Source: Candidatus Woesearchaeota archaeon (GTDB lineage: Archaea; Nanobdellota; Nanobdellia; SCGC-AAA011-G17; GW2011-AR18). Taken from it: a stretch of DNA of 55,514 nt. The notes under the pieces were generated by a model, which did no database searches, was not told where the DNA came from, and saw only the letters and a program-made list of their open reading frames with translations. The position numbers were made by a program, and so were the translations under genes. The DNA is taken from positions 1 to 55,514 of the forward strand of contig JAGVZW010000034.1 of the NCBI GenBank assembly GCA_018302235.1, written 5' to 3'. Positions 35,102 through 46,155 of the stretch are shown here, in pieces (the stretch's first letter is position 1; each line of letters starts with the position of its first letter).

Positions 35102-35872
35102 TTAACCGATATAACTCATAAATTCTCTCATTTTTTTCTGTTCTATTTCTTGGTTTAATTCTATTACTTTTTCAATTTTTTTAGTAATTTCTTTTTCTAA
35201 TGAGTTAATTTCCTTATCTAACATTTTTATATTCAACCCAAAATTAAATTTATCATTCAATATCTTTAAAACCTCTCTAGCACCATGAATTCCGACATAA
35301 TGCATACTAGCCCCTGTTTCGACTAATAAATTAATGCAACTTATTTGTTTTCTTTGTGATAAACCTACTAAAACCCCTGTGACACCTAAAACTGGTCCAG
35401 CAAAACTATCGCAATATCTTTTTAATTTGTTAAGATTATATTTTTTTACTATTTTGGTATTACTTGCGATATAATACACTTTAACATCCTTTTCGATTTG
35501 TTCTAATCCAATCCCACCTATAGTTACAATTTCTTTTCCATTATTGTCTTTTAATATATTTAATAAAAAATTAGCTAATTCATAGACACCTTCTTCGTTT
35601 ACTGGTTGTGCATTTCCTGAAACAAAAAAATATTCGTTTCCTTTTATTTTTTTATAATAAACCTCTATACAGCATAATCTTCCTATGTTGTTATTATCTA
35701 CGAAAATACAGGCAGGCAACTTATCTGAGATTAGTTCAAAAACTTTTATTGGTTTTAAAATTTCTATAATGAAATCAACTGCTATTTTACCTACATTTCC
35801 AATTCCAGGTAGGCCTTCGATCATTATGGGGTTTTTATATTTTATTTTTTCAAGTTCATTAAAGTCAATCAT
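35102..35872 (-). CDS. PAC2-family proteasome assembly chaperone
   Basis: IMIEGLPGIGNVGKIAVDF motif. Confidence 0.7.
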   Translation of the reverse strand: MIDFNELEKIKYKNPIMIEGLPGIGNVGKIAVDFIIEILKPIKVFELISDKLPACIFVDNNNIGRLCCIEVYYKKIKGNEYFFVSGNAQPVNEEGVYELANFLLNILKDNNGKEIVTIGGIGLEQIEKDVKVYYIASNTKIVKKYNLNKLKRYCDSFAGPVLGVTGVLVGLSQRKQISCINLLVETGASMHYVGIHGAREVLKILNDKFNFGLNIKMLDKEINSLEKEITKKIEKVIELNQEIEQKKMREFMSYIG

Positions 35873-35919
35873 ATTAAAAAAAGAGTCTTATTATTTATAA
35901 AAGTATGCCATAATTTTTT

Positions 35920-36066
35920 TTATAATAGTTTTTTATATTCTAACCTTTGTTTTGGATAATAATTAAATCTGAATTTACCTGGACGTGGATCTATTGTTTC
36001 TTGTTCGCAACATTTTTTTTTAAAAGTATATTCCTTACAAACTGAACAATAATATATTCTATTCAT
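35920..36066 (-). CDS. nop10: H/ACA RNP protein Nop10
   Basis: Start reset to MNRIYYCSVCKEYTFKKKC...DPRPGKFRFNYYPKQR. Overlaps the aIF2-alpha stop. Conserved L44e-S27e-aIF2alpha-Nop10 order. Confidence 0.7.
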   Translation of the reverse strand: MNRIYYCSVCKEYTFKKKCCEQETIDPRPGKFRFNYYPKQRLEYKKLL

Positions 36067-36841
36067 TTTTTTTTCTTTCGAATTCAAATTCACACTTATA
36101 TTTTTCAAAGTCTTTAGTTATCTCATTTAAAACCTTTTTTAATGTATTTTCAGCAGATTTATAATCTTTGGCTTTCACATCAATCTTATATTTTGGAGCC
36201 CCTAAATATGTTATTCTTACGCCATCTTCTTTTTCTGCTTTTTCTAGGGTTTTTTTAATGATATTAATTCCCTCATCATCGTAACTAATTGTTTTTAATA
36301 CCCCTGATATGATTACTTCAACGGGTTTAATTTTATCTTTAATAAAATTGTAAATATTCTCACCTAATTTTTCATCATCACATATATCTCTTATTAGATC
36401 CTTATTAGCAACAATATTTTGAAAAAATAAATATAAACTTCCGTATTGTTCAATTGCTTTTTTCCCTATTTTTTCGTACATAGATTTTAAATCTAAATTC
36501 AAATCTTTTCCTACAATCTCTAAAAACTTTTCTGCTTTTTCTTCTTGTTTGAATTCTGTTAGTTTTTGAACCCTTTGTGATGTGTTTACCCTTCTTAAGG
36601 ATAGATCTATATGTCCTTTTTGCAAGTCTATATTTAATACCGTACAAACAATTGTCTTACCTTCTTTTACAAATTCTCTTAAATTTCTTATTCTTCCTGG
36701 AGAAATTTCAGAAATATGAATCATACCCTCTAAATTTTTATATTCAATAATATCAACAAAAACAGAATGTGGTAAAATTGTCTTTACTGTACACAGAATG
36801 ATATCTCCTACTTCTGGACGACCTACTTTCCTATAATACAT
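36059..36841 (-). CDS. eif2a: translation initiation factor aIF2 alpha
   Basis: S1 domain with EGMIHISEISPGRIRNLREFVKEG. Confidence 0.9.
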   Translation of the reverse strand: MYYRKVGRPEVGDIILCTVKTILPHSVFVDIIEYKNLEGMIHISEISPGRIRNLREFVKEGKTIVCTVLNIDLQKGHIDLSLRRVNTSQRVQKLTEFKQEEKAEKFLEIVGKDLNLDLKSMYEKIGKKAIEQYGSLYLFFQNIVANKDLIRDICDDEKLGENIYNFIKDKIKPVEVIISGVLKTISYDDEGINIIKKTLEKAEKEDGVRITYLGAPKYKIDVKAKDYKSAENTLKKVLNEITKDFEKYKCEFEFERKKNE

Positions 36842-36843
36842 TT

Positions 36844-37026
36844 TTATTCTAAAGCCTCTAAAATTTTAGCAATAACTTTACTTTTTCCACCTGTTGGCAT
36901 TGCTAAAATTTCATCACAAACTAGACATTTTATTTCTGAACTACATTTATTAAAGACATTTTGTTCATTTTTACACTTATTACATCTAACTTTAAAAAAT
37001 TGAGATTTGTTTTTTCTTTGTTTCAT
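36844..37026 (-). CDS. rps27e: 30S ribosomal protein S27e
   Basis: FFKVRCNKCKNEQNVF...CLVCDEILAMPTGGK zinc ribbon. Confidence 0.9.
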   Translation of the reverse strand: MKQRKNKSQFFKVRCNKCKNEQNVFNKCSSEIKCLVCDEILAMPTGGKSKVIAKILEALE

Positions 37027-37334
37027 TCTATCTCCACCTTTTTAGCTCTAATACCTTGTGTTTGTTGTGTTGCTTTTTTGCAAACTTCACAAACAAACCT
37101 TAGTGTCGTTTTTTTACTTATTTTTGCACCTACTCTTTTGAATTTAGAAACTGCTGGCTTTGAGTATCTTCCTTGATTTCCGTGCCCTCTAGATTGGCCT
37201 CTTTTTTTAGCTCTTGATTTTGAACCTTTAGTCAGAGTGCCTCTTTTTCCACTAGACTTATATTGCTCTACTTTATGAATATTAATTTTTTTACATTTGG
37301 GACAATATCTTTTTATTGTTTTTGGCAATTTCAT
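37023..37334 (-). CDS. rpl44e: 50S ribosomal protein L44e (eL42)
   Basis: YCPKCKKINIHKV...GQSRGHGNQ...CEVCKK. Confidence 0.9.
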   Translation of the reverse strand: MKLPKTIKRYCPKCKKINIHKVEQYKSSGKRGTLTKGSKSRAKKRGQSRGHGNQGRYSKPAVSKFKRVGAKISKKTTLRFVCEVCKKATQQTQGIRAKKVEIE

Positions 37335-37942
37335 ATCTTTTCCACCTTTCCTGTATTTTCCAATATTTCAATTATTTTTAAAGGTAATTCAACTTCTTGA
37401 TTTATTTCGTACGGCCCATACATATTTAAATCTTCTCCGATAAATTTCGGAATGAATTCTAAAAATTTTACTATATTTTTTTTATGTTTTTCTTCTGTTT
37501 TTATATTTTTTGGTAAATTTAAATCAGGAATTTTCTCTGCTAAAATACTGTCTAAAACCTCAATTCTGTATTTTACAAACAATTCAACTAAGTTATTAAA
37601 AAATTCTTCTTCTTCTTTTAATAAATTTCTTTTATCTTCTGTATTGGTTTGAATTCTACTATGGAACATAGCCATTTGAACAATCTTGCTTTCCCTTCTT
37701 TCATATAATTCTCTCAAGATTTTATGTATGTTTTCTATCTGTTTTCTTGTTTTTAATACACTTTGAGAGGTAAAAACACTATCTTTATTTTCTTGTGAAA
37801 GCAATATATTTTTTTTATCTTTTAGGTAATTTATTACATCTTTATAAAATTCATTATTTAAACATTGCAATTCTTTTTTAAATTTTTCTAATCTTAAGAT
37901 TTCATATAATGTTTCATATGTAATTAAATTCTCTACTTTCAT
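37331..37942 (-). CDS. gins51: GINS subunit Gins51-like
   Basis: N-terminal L..ILRLEK...L..L...FY pattern and C-terminal B-domain pattern FIGEDLNMYGPYEINQEVELPLKIIEIL. Confidence 0.6.
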   Translation of the reverse strand: MKVENLITYETLYEILRLEKFKKELQCLNNEFYKDVINYLKDKKNILLSQENKDSVFTSQSVLKTRKQIENIHKILRELYERRESKIVQMAMFHSRIQTNTEDKRNLLKEEEEFFNNLVELFVKYRIEVLDSILAEKIPDLNLPKNIKTEEKHKKNIVKFLEFIPKFIGEDLNMYGPYEINQEVELPLKIIEILENTGKVEKI

Positions 37943-37998
37943 TTTTTTAAAGAAATTATTTCTTATTTTAAATATTTGTATTTCATGCTAATTAAAAC

Positions 37999-39198
37999 TT
38001 ATTCCCATCTGCAAATACTTAAGACTTCATTGCCAAATAATTCCCCTAATTCTCCATTTTTACAGCTATTTTCATTAAATTCTAAGACGTTATCATTACC
38101 GTGACCATACCACAATATTGGAACAGGATCTGCACTGTGTTTTCTTAATTCACAGGGTGTGCTGTGGTCGCCCGTGACTATAATCTCAACATTTTTAAGA
38201 TTTTTTAAAAAAGAGAAGAACTTTTTATCTAAAATTTCTAACATTTTAGCCTTATCTTTTGGTCTATTGTCATGGCCTGGTATATCTATCTCTTTAAAAT
38301 GAATATAATATACATCATAACTATTTTTTTTAATTGCCTTTTTAGCATTTTTAATAATAAATTCTAATTTATTATATAAATTCTTATATAAATCGCGTTT
38401 TAGGTCTAAAGAAGGAACTTTAAGGATATGCATGCCGCATAACCTTCCTATTCCTATTTCTAAGGGCATATTTAATACTGCACACCAATTCTTTTTTTTC
38501 TTTAAAATTGGAAGTTGATTTCCAGCCCCCCTTAATAAAATAAAATTTGCAGCTAGCAATCCTTTTTTTTCTCTAAGTTTGTTTATTTTATGGTCTTGAA
38601 GTAATTCTTTTGATTTTGTTAAAAATTCATTAATTATTCCTGCAGTACATATAGCATTTCTATTTAATGCTCTGCAATTTAAAGTGCCGCTATATTCTGA
38701 ATCAACATTGCTAACTTTATTATTTAAAATTACTCCTTGATTTTTTTTTAAAACTAATACTGCTCTATGTTCTATTGTATGCTTAAATTCAAAACCAATA
38801 TCTAATTTTATATTCCTATTAATGTCTTTGGCTAAGATTTCTGCTTCTTTGGTAGTGAGATTTCTACCCACTCGCCTATCTATTAATTTTCCTTTATATA
38901 CTGTAGCAAAATTAGCTCTAAAGGCTAAATCTCCATTACTAAACTCTATATTCGCACCAACAGCTTCCAGGGGACCTCTTTCCGTATATATCTTGTCTAA
39001 ATTGTAGCCTAATAAACTTAAAACACCTTGGTCGCTCTGTGGGACAAAATTTGGTTGTACTGTGTAAACTATCCCTGTTTTACCATTTCTTGCTAAGTAA
39101 TTTAAATTATATATTCTAGCGTATTCTAGGGGTGTTTTTCCATTTAAAACTTTACAAGGCTTATCTCCTAACCCGTCTATGATACAAAATACTCTCAT
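37999..39198 (-). CDS. apgM: archaeal-type cofactor-independent phosphoglycerate mutase (ApgM)
   Basis: IDGLGD near the N-terminus, DIPGHD and TGDHSTP motifs. Confidence 0.85.
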   Translation of the reverse strand: MRVFCIIDGLGDKPCKVLNGKTPLEYARIYNLNYLARNGKTGIVYTVQPNFVPQSDQGVLSLLGYNLDKIYTERGPLEAVGANIEFSNGDLAFRANFATVYKGKLIDRRVGRNLTTKEAEILAKDINRNIKLDIGFEFKHTIEHRAVLVLKKNQGVILNNKVSNVDSEYSGTLNCRALNRNAICTAGIINEFLTKSKELLQDHKINKLREKKGLLAANFILLRGAGNQLPILKKKKNWCAVLNMPLEIGIGRLCGMHILKVPSLDLKRDLYKNLYNKLEFIIKNAKKAIKKNSYDVYYIHFKEIDIPGHDNRPKDKAKMLEILDKKFFSFLKNLKNVEIIVTGDHSTPCELRKHSADPVPILWYGHGNDNVLEFNENSCKNGELGELFGNEVLSICRWE

Positions 39199-39235
39199 AA
39201 AAAAATTTAAATTTAACCTCTATATAAAGATTCTT

Positions 39236-40168
39236 ATGTATAAAATAAAACAAAGACCAGAGGATTTTATCGTTGAAGAAATTATTGAATTGGATTCTAA
39301 ACCTGGCCCTTATTTTTATATAAAACTTACTAAAAAACAATGGAATACACTTGATGTGGTTAAAATTCTACAAGAAAGATTACATCTAAAAAGGTCACAA
39401 ATAGGATATGCTGGATTAAAGGATAAACAAGGAATCACAACACAATATTTTTCATTATTTAGGGTTAAAAAAGAGAAAATTTATTCTTTAAAAATAAAAG
39501 ATATAACAATAGAGACGTTGCACTATGGTTCAAAACCGATTGTTTTGGGCGCATTAAAGGCAAATAAATTCAAGATTAAATTGAATGAAAAACCAATAAA
39601 AATTTCATTTATAGAAAATTATTTTGGAAAACAAAGATTTTCGAAAAATAATATAGAAATTGGCAGGGCTTTAATCAACCATGATTTTAAAAAGGCTATT
39701 ACATTAATAAATAATCATGAATCAAATTCTCCTATAAATGAATTAAGAAAAATAGATAAACACCTTCTTTTATTATATATTTCAGCTTATCAATCTTATC
39801 TGTGGAATTTGGTTGTATCTGATTATTTAAAAAAACAAGATTCTATTTCATACAATAATCTAACTTTTTTAGAGAAAGAGCCTGAAAATATGCAGATTCC
39901 AATAATTTCTTTTGATATTGAATTTAAGAATAAGGAAATAGAAAAAATATATAATAAATTCTTAAAAATTGAAAAAATAACTAAAGAAAATTTTATTATT
40001 AAATCGCTTCCAGAATTAATCTCTTTGTCTAAAGAAAGAGAATTAATTGTTAAAATTAATGACTTTAAAATTAGAAAAAATGTAATAGAATTCACAATTT
40101 CAAAGGGATCTTATGCAACAGTAGTCATAGAAAAAATGAATGCTTTGACTCATACAAAAAATATATAA
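39236..40168 (+). CDS. truD: tRNA pseudouridine synthase TruD/Pus7 family
   Basis: IKQRPEDFIVEEI and AGLKDKQGITTQYF. Start reset to the ATG at 39236. Confidence 0.8.
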   Translation: MYKIKQRPEDFIVEEIIELDSKPGPYFYIKLTKKQWNTLDVVKILQERLHLKRSQIGYAGLKDKQGITTQYFSLFRVKKEKIYSLKIKDITIETLHYGSKPIVLGALKANKFKIKLNEKPIKISFIENYFGKQRFSKNNIEIGRALINHDFKKAITLINNHESNSPINELRKIDKHLLLLYISAYQSYLWNLVVSDYLKKQDSISYNNLTFLEKEPENMQIPIISFDIEFKNKEIEKIYNKFLKIEKITKENFIIKSLPELISLSKERELIVKINDFKIRKNVIEFTISKGSYATVVIEKMNALTHTKNI

Positions 40169-40190
40169 AGAATGAGGAAATAAAGATAAT

Positions 40191-41075
40191 ATGGATATTA
40201 TGAGTCTGAATTATTTAAAAAGATTAGAAATGGCTTTTAAAAATATAGAGCAAGGTAAATTTTTAGAAGCTGTTAAACAATATCATAAAATAAAGGACTT
40301 ATATGATAAATTGCCAAATAAAACTAAAGAGAACTTTAAAAAGAAAACAAATATCTTATTTAATGAATTAAGGTTATATTTACATATAAATGAGGCTAAT
40401 TTATTTGCAGAAAAAGGAGATGCTGTTGGTTTAAAACAAGCATTGGAGATAGTGGATGAAATAGCTAATTATGAAGTACCACAAGATTTGCCTTCTTCTC
40501 AAATATTACTAAATTATATAAAAAAGAAAAATTTCAAATGTTTAATAAAATGCCAAAGTGTTTTAACATTAAAGGATTTTCAAAAAAGACTAACGGAGCT
40601 TGATGTCTTATTAATAAATGGAGAGAAAGAAAAAGCTAGAGAGGAATTTTCAAATTTATTGGTTTTATTAAATCGTATTCCTAATCTAAATAAACAGACG
40701 TATAATGAACTACATAATGTTTTGCAGGATGTGTATAAAAGATTATCATATCATATTTTAATAAAGAACGCATATAAGAAAAGACAAAACATAGAAATAA
40801 AAGGATCTTTGAGGCCTGAGGTTAAAGAATATAAAGAAAAAGAATTAAATATTTTAGAAAAGTTGAGACCAAAACCACCACTAAATAGAAATCATCCTCT
40901 TTATCATTTAAATGAAAAAATTGAAAAAAAAATAAAGGCTAGTGCTTTTACGCATCTTCAAAAAAATAAAGAAATATCATTATATAACGGATTTGATCAA
41001 CGTTATAATGAGATTATAGAATGTATTAAACATAATGATTCTAAGAAAGCAAAACAGATTTTTAATTCATTATAG
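40191..41075 (+). CDS. hypothetical helical protein (294 aa)
   Basis: Long ORF that looks helical-repeat-like. No motif recognised. Confidence 0.45.
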   Translation: MDIMSLNYLKRLEMAFKNIEQGKFLEAVKQYHKIKDLYDKLPNKTKENFKKKTNILFNELRLYLHINEANLFAEKGDAVGLKQALEIVDEIANYEVPQDLPSSQILLNYIKKKNFKCLIKCQSVLTLKDFQKRLTELDVLLINGEKEKAREEFSNLLVLLNRIPNLNKQTYNELHNVLQDVYKRLSYHILIKNAYKKRQNIEIKGSLRPEVKEYKEKELNILEKLRPKPPLNRNHPLYHLNEKIEKKIKASAFTHLQKNKEISLYNGFDQRYNEIIECIKHNDSKKAKQIFNSL

Positions 41076-41109
41076 ATATATTTTTAAAATTTTAGTTACT
41101 TACTAGGTT

Positions 41110-42144
41110 ATGTTTAATACATTTAAAGAAAAATTAAAGAATACTATATCAAAACTTTCTAAAAAAATAGAAAATGAAACTTTGACAGAAGAATCTACTA
41201 AAGCAGATACTATTGATGAAATTAAAAGGGATGATTTAGTTGAAGAAATAAAAGAGCATGCAGATAAAGGGGTGGGTTTTTTCAATAAAGTAAAAGAAAA
41301 GATAATAACAAAAAAACTATCAAAAGAGCAATTTAATGAGTTATTTTGGGATTTAGAATTATTATTATTAGAAAATAATGTTGCTGTAGAGGTAGTGGAG
41401 AAAATTAAAGAAGATCTATCTAAAACAATAATAGAAAAACAATTACAAAGATCAAAAATAGAAGATCTAATTAGAGATTCATTAAGAAATTCTATAATTT
41501 CTTTATTTGATGTTGAACAGATTAATCTACTAGAAAAGATTAAAGAAAAAAGACCATATGTTATTTGTTTTGTGGGAATTAATGGAACAGGAAAAACTAC
41601 TTCGATTGCTAAGGTAGCTTATTTTTTAAAACAAAAGAATATTACAACGGTAATTTCAGCTTCTGATACTTTTAGAGCAGCAGCAATTAAACAATTAGAA
41701 ACCCATGGGGAAAGATTGGGTGTTAAGGTAATAAAACATGATTATGGTTCAGATCCGTCGGCTGTAGCCTTTGATAGCAGGGTTTTTGCTAAAGCAAAAA
41801 ATATTGATGTTGTTTTGATTGATACAGCTGGTCGTCAACATTCAAATGTAAATCTTATGTCAGAATTAGAAAAGATTAATCGAGTAGTAAAACCAGATTT
41901 AAAGATCTTCGTTGGTGAATCTATAACTGGAAACGATGTAGTTTTACAACTAAATGAGTTTAATAAAAAAATTGGAATTGATGCTATAATTCTCTCTAAA
42001 ACAGATATAGATGATAGGGGCGGTGCGATGATCTCAGCGACTTATGTAACAAAAAAACCAATTATTTTTTTAGGTTGTGGACAAAATTATGAAGATCTTA
42101 AGAAATTTAATAAAGAAGAGTTAATTAAAAACTTGTTTGAGTAA
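41110..42144 (+). CDS. ftsY: signal recognition particle receptor FtsY
   Basis: GINGTGKTTS, DTAGR and SKTDID SRP-GTPase motifs. Confidence 0.9.
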   Translation: MFNTFKEKLKNTISKLSKKIENETLTEESTKADTIDEIKRDDLVEEIKEHADKGVGFFNKVKEKIITKKLSKEQFNELFWDLELLLLENNVAVEVVEKIKEDLSKTIIEKQLQRSKIEDLIRDSLRNSIISLFDVEQINLLEKIKEKRPYVICFVGINGTGKTTSIAKVAYFLKQKNITTVISASDTFRAAAIKQLETHGERLGVKVIKHDYGSDPSAVAFDSRVFAKAKNIDVVLIDTAGRQHSNVNLMSELEKINRVVKPDLKIFVGESITGNDVVLQLNEFNKKIGIDAIILSKTDIDDRGGAMISATYVTKKPIIFLGCGQNYEDLKKFNKEELIKNLFE

Positions 42145-42178
42145 CCTTTAAATAATATTTCTCTTCTTTCCTATCTCC

Positions 42179-42529
42179 ATGACAAATATAAATTGTGAAG
42201 AATGCCATGCTGCTTGCTGTAAATATGCTTCTGTGGTAATAGATAAACCAGAAAATGATAAAGATTTTGATGAGATTAAATGGTTAATAGCCCATGAAAA
42301 TGTTGTTGTATACATTGATCAAGATGACGATTGGGTAGTTGAGTTTGTAACACCCTGCAAATTCTATGATTCTAAACAGAATAAATGTATAAATTATATA
42401 GAAAGACCATTAATATGTAAACATCACGAGATAGACGAATGTGTTATGAATGGGGAAGGAAAAGTAGAAAAAATAGTCTTCAAAACTTGGGATGATATAG
42501 AAAATTATAAAAACTTAAAGAAAGAATGA
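42179..42529 (+). CDS. YkgJ/UPF0153-type Cys-cluster protein
   Basis: CEECHAACC N-terminal cluster plus later C...C...C. Confidence 0.6.
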   Translation: MTNINCEECHAACCKYASVVIDKPENDKDFDEIKWLIAHENVVVYIDQDDDWVVEFVTPCKFYDSKQNKCINYIERPLICKHHEIDECVMNGEGKVEKIVFKTWDDIENYKNLKKE

Positions 42530-42607
42530 ATAACTCCACTGCAAGCCGGACGGGAATATCTAGTTTAAGAAAATAAAGTTTTTATATGTCTATAATTTAT
42601 TCTATAT

Positions 42608-43210
42608 ATGGAAATTAAATGGCTTGGTCACAGTTCTTTTAGAATAAATTTGATTTATTTAGATCCGTATCAAATCCATGAAACAGAAAAGGCGAGTTTA
42701 ATTTTAATAACACATTCTCACTATGACCATTTTTCACAAAAAGACATGAATAAAATACAAAGTAAAGATACCATAATAATTACCCCGGAAGATATTAAAA
42801 TTCCATCTATTAAATTAAAACCATTCCAAGAAACGATTCAGAAAGGAATAAAAATACAAACTATACCCTCCTATAATATAAATAAAAAATTTCATCCTAA
42901 AGAAAATAATTGGTTATCTTATATTTTAGAGATAGAAAATAAAAGAATTCTTTTTTGTGGAGATACAGATCTAATTCCTGAATTTAACCAACTAAATGAT
43001 ATAAACATAGCTTTTTTACCTATTGGAGGCACTTACACAATGAATGTAGTGGAAGCAGTAGAAGCAGTAAAAATAATAAAACCTAAAATAACGATACCGA
43101 TGCACTATGGCAAAATAGTTGGTTTCAAAGAAGACGCCTTAAAATTTAAAAAATCTTTACTTGGTTTTGAAGTAATTGTTTTAGAAGAAAATCAAATCGT
43201 GGAGTTATAA
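42608..43210 (+). CDS. MBL-fold metallo-hydrolase
   Basis: ITHSHYDHF motif and a later GDTD. Confidence 0.75.
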   Translation: MEIKWLGHSSFRINLIYLDPYQIHETEKASLILITHSHYDHFSQKDMNKIQSKDTIIITPEDIKIPSIKLKPFQETIQKGIKIQTIPSYNINKKFHPKENNWLSYILEIENKRILFCGDTDLIPEFNQLNDINIAFLPIGGTYTMNVVEAVEAVKIIKPKITIPMHYGKIVGFKEDALKFKKSLLGFEVIVLEENQIVEL

Positions 43211-43353
43211 TCTAGTTACAACAAAAGAAATGTATTTTGATAACATTATTTAGGTTAATCATCTAATTTACTTAAGAACAAATATTAAATGATGATTTAT
43301 GTCATTAACTAATTCATAAAAATCTTTAAATTGTTCTAGTTAAATAAAAAAAT

Positions 43354-43980
43354 ATGGAAAAGGAATATATACCTGCATTAAAATTTAAATCTTTAACAAG
43401 ATTTTTTGATTTGTTTTTAAAGACATTCATGAAGGAAGAAAAAATAAAAAAAAGTTTTATAAAATTAGCAAAACTTAAAGATAATTTTACAATTTTAGAC
43501 TTCGGGTGTGGAACAGGGACACTTTTAAAAATAATTAATAAAAATGTTAAATCTAATCTTTATGGGGTAGATATTGATAAACACATATTAAATACAGCTA
43601 GAAACAAGTTACTTAATTCAAATATTGTATTAAAACGATATGATGGAATAAAACTTCCATTTGAAAATAATTTTTTTGACATTGTATTTTCTAGTCTTGT
43701 AATTCACCATTTACCAAAAAATAGAATCCCTACTTTTCTTGAAATTAATAGAATTTTAAAACCAAATGGAAAATTTTATATTTTGGATTTTGGGAAACAA
43801 AAAAATACCTATGGGAGATTTGTAACAGGTATAATAAAGAGATTTGAACCTATTGAAGAAAATCTTAAAGGCGAGATATCTTTATATTTGAACCAAGCTA
43901 ACTTTAAAGATACTAAGGAAAATAAACACCACTATAAAACCTTATTTGGAGAATTAACAGTATATTCCGGAGAGAAATAA
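43354..43980 (+). CDS. class I SAM-dependent methyltransferase
   Basis: ILDFGCGTGT motif I, then GVDID and LKPNGKFYILDF. Confidence 0.75.
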   Translation: MEKEYIPALKFKSLTRFFDLFLKTFMKEEKIKKSFIKLAKLKDNFTILDFGCGTGTLLKIINKNVKSNLYGVDIDKHILNTARNKLLNSNIVLKRYDGIKLPFENNFFDIVFSSLVIHHLPKNRIPTFLEINRILKPNGKFYILDFGKQKNTYGRFVTGIIKRFEPIEENLKGEISLYLNQANFKDTKENKHHYKTLFGELTVYSGEK

Positions 43981-44115
43981 CTATTTGTTGGTAGTTTCAT
44001 CTTGTATTTCCTTTAGAAATAACAACCTTTTAATAGAATAAATACTTATAATAATTTACTTTATTTGATAGTAATTTAAAAATATGTATCTATAATTTAA
44101 TAATAAAGAGGTAAC

Positions 44116-46155
44116 ATGGAAGCATCAATGCAATTTATAAAAAAAAGAGATGGAACTATTGTTTTGTTTAATAGGTGGAAGATAACAAATGCCATACTTA
44201 ATGCTTCAAAATCTGTTGGTAAAGATGATAAAAAAGAAGCAGAAATATTAACAGAAAAAGTAATTACTATTTTAGAGTATAATTTTATAGATAAGATACC
44301 AACTGTTGAAGATATTCAAGACATAGTAGAAAGAGTTTTAATAAAAAGAGGACATAGTGAAATAGCTAAGGCTTTTATCCTCTATAGACAAAAAAGAATG
44401 GAATTTAGGGAATCAAATTCTTTTTTAACGCATATTAATAAGATTATATCTGGTTATATTGAAAAAAAAGATTGGAGAACAAACGAGAATAGTAATGCTG
44501 GTTATTCTATGTCTGGTCTGCAAGCACATATTAGTGGGGCTACAATAGCAGAATATACATTAAATACTGTTTATCCTCAAGATGTGAGTTTTGCTCATAG
44601 GGATGCAGATTTACATATTCATGATCTTAGCCATGGTATTTTTGCTGGATATTGCGCTGGATGGTCGCTTTATCAATTGCTGACAGATGGTTTTAATGGT
44701 ATACCTGGGAAGATTGCAGCTAAACCGGCAAAACATTTTGATGCTATTCTTGGGCAAATTGTTAATTTTTTTGGTACTTTACAAAATGAATGGGCTGGTG
44801 CACAAGCTTTAAGCAGTTTTGATACATATTTAGCTCCTTTTATTAGAAAAGATAATTTAACATATACACAAGTAAAACAAAGTATGCAGGAATTTATTTT
44901 TGGTATAAATCAAACATCTAGGTGGGGTAATCAAGTTCCATTCACTAATCTTACTTTTGATTGGAGGGTTCCAGATGATTTAAAAAATGAGCATATTGTT
45001 ATTGGTGGAAAAATCCAAGAAGAAAAATATGGAGATTTTCAAAACGAAATGGATCTTATTAACAAAGCATTTATTGAAATAATGATGGAAGGGGATATGA
45101 ATAAAAGAATATTTACTTTCCCAATACCTACGTATAACATAACAAAAGATTTCGATTGGGATGATGAAAATGCACAATTATTATTTAAAATGACATCCAT
45201 ATATGGTATACCTTATTTTCAGAATTTCATTAATAGCTCTTTAAAACCTAGTGATGTTAGAAGTATGTGTTGTAGGCTTCAATTAAATTTAAATGAATTG
45301 AGGGCAAAAACTGGGGGTTTATTTGGTTCTGGGGAACAAACAGGCAGTGTGGGGGTAGTAACAATAAATTTACCAAGGATTGGGTTTTTATCTGAAACAA
45401 AAGAAGAGTTTTTTAAGAGATTAGAACGGATGATGTTTTTAGCAAAGACGTCTTTAGAGATAAAAAGAAAGGAAGTAGAGAAATGTATGGATAATGGTCT
45501 TCTGCCATATTCTAAGAGATACCTTGGAAATTTACAACACCATTTTTCTACCATAGGTTTATGTGGTATGCATGAGGCATGTTTAAATCATCTTAAAAGG
45601 GGAATAAATACTGAAGAAGGCAAAAATTTTGCTGTTGATGCTTTAGATTTTATGAGAGTAAAATTAAAAGAATATCAGGAAGAAACTGGTCATCTATACA
45701 ATTTAGAGGCTACACCAGCAGAGGGTACTTCATATAGACTTGCAAAACATGATAAAGAAAAATACCCAGAGATTATAACCGCTGGTACTTTAGAAACACC
45801 ATATTATACAAACAGCACACAACTCCCGGTTACATTTACAAATGATGTTTTGTTGTCTCTTGGGCACCAAGATGAACTTCAATGCAAATATACTGGTGGG
45901 ACAGTGCTACATATCTTTTTGGGAGAAAAAATAAACGATTATGAATCAACTAAAAATCTAATAAAAAAAATAGCGTACAATTTTAAACTTCCATATTTTA
46001 CAATAACCCCTACATTTAGTATTTGCCCTGTACATGGATATATATCTGGAAAACATTATGTATGTCCATATGATCATACGAATGCTGAATTAAATCAACA
46101 TGGTATAGAAATTGATGGAGGTGAACAAATTGAAAGAAAAAGTTATTCCTTGTGA
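44116..46155 (+). CDS. nrdD: anaerobic ribonucleoside-triphosphate reductase NrdD, main body (frame ends before the glycyl-radical motif)
   Basis: ATP-cone-like N-terminus (IKKRDGTIVLFNRWKI), and class III RNR core motifs such as NLEATPAEG and TNS. The ORF stops at IERKSYSL. Confidence 0.85.
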   Translation: MEASMQFIKKRDGTIVLFNRWKITNAILNASKSVGKDDKKEAEILTEKVITILEYNFIDKIPTVEDIQDIVERVLIKRGHSEIAKAFILYRQKRMEFRESNSFLTHINKIISGYIEKKDWRTNENSNAGYSMSGLQAHISGATIAEYTLNTVYPQDVSFAHRDADLHIHDLSHGIFAGYCAGWSLYQLLTDGFNGIPGKIAAKPAKHFDAILGQIVNFFGTLQNEWAGAQALSSFDTYLAPFIRKDNLTYTQVKQSMQEFIFGINQTSRWGNQVPFTNLTFDWRVPDDLKNEHIVIGGKIQEEKYGDFQNEMDLINKAFIEIMMEGDMNKRIFTFPIPTYNITKDFDWDDENAQLLFKMTSIYGIPYFQNFINSSLKPSDVRSMCCRLQLNLNELRAKTGGLFGSGEQTGSVGVVTINLPRIGFLSETKEEFFKRLERMMFLAKTSLEIKRKEVEKCMDNGLLPYSKRYLGNLQHHFSTIGLCGMHEACLNHLKRGINTEEGKNFAVDALDFMRVKLKEYQEETGHLYNLEATPAEGTSYRLAKHDKEKYPEIITAGTLETPYYTNSTQLPVTFTNDVLLSLGHQDELQCKYTGGTVLHIFLGEKINDYESTKNLIKKIAYNFKLPYFTITPTFSICPVHGYISGKHYVCPYDHTNAELNQHGIEIDGGEQIERKSYSL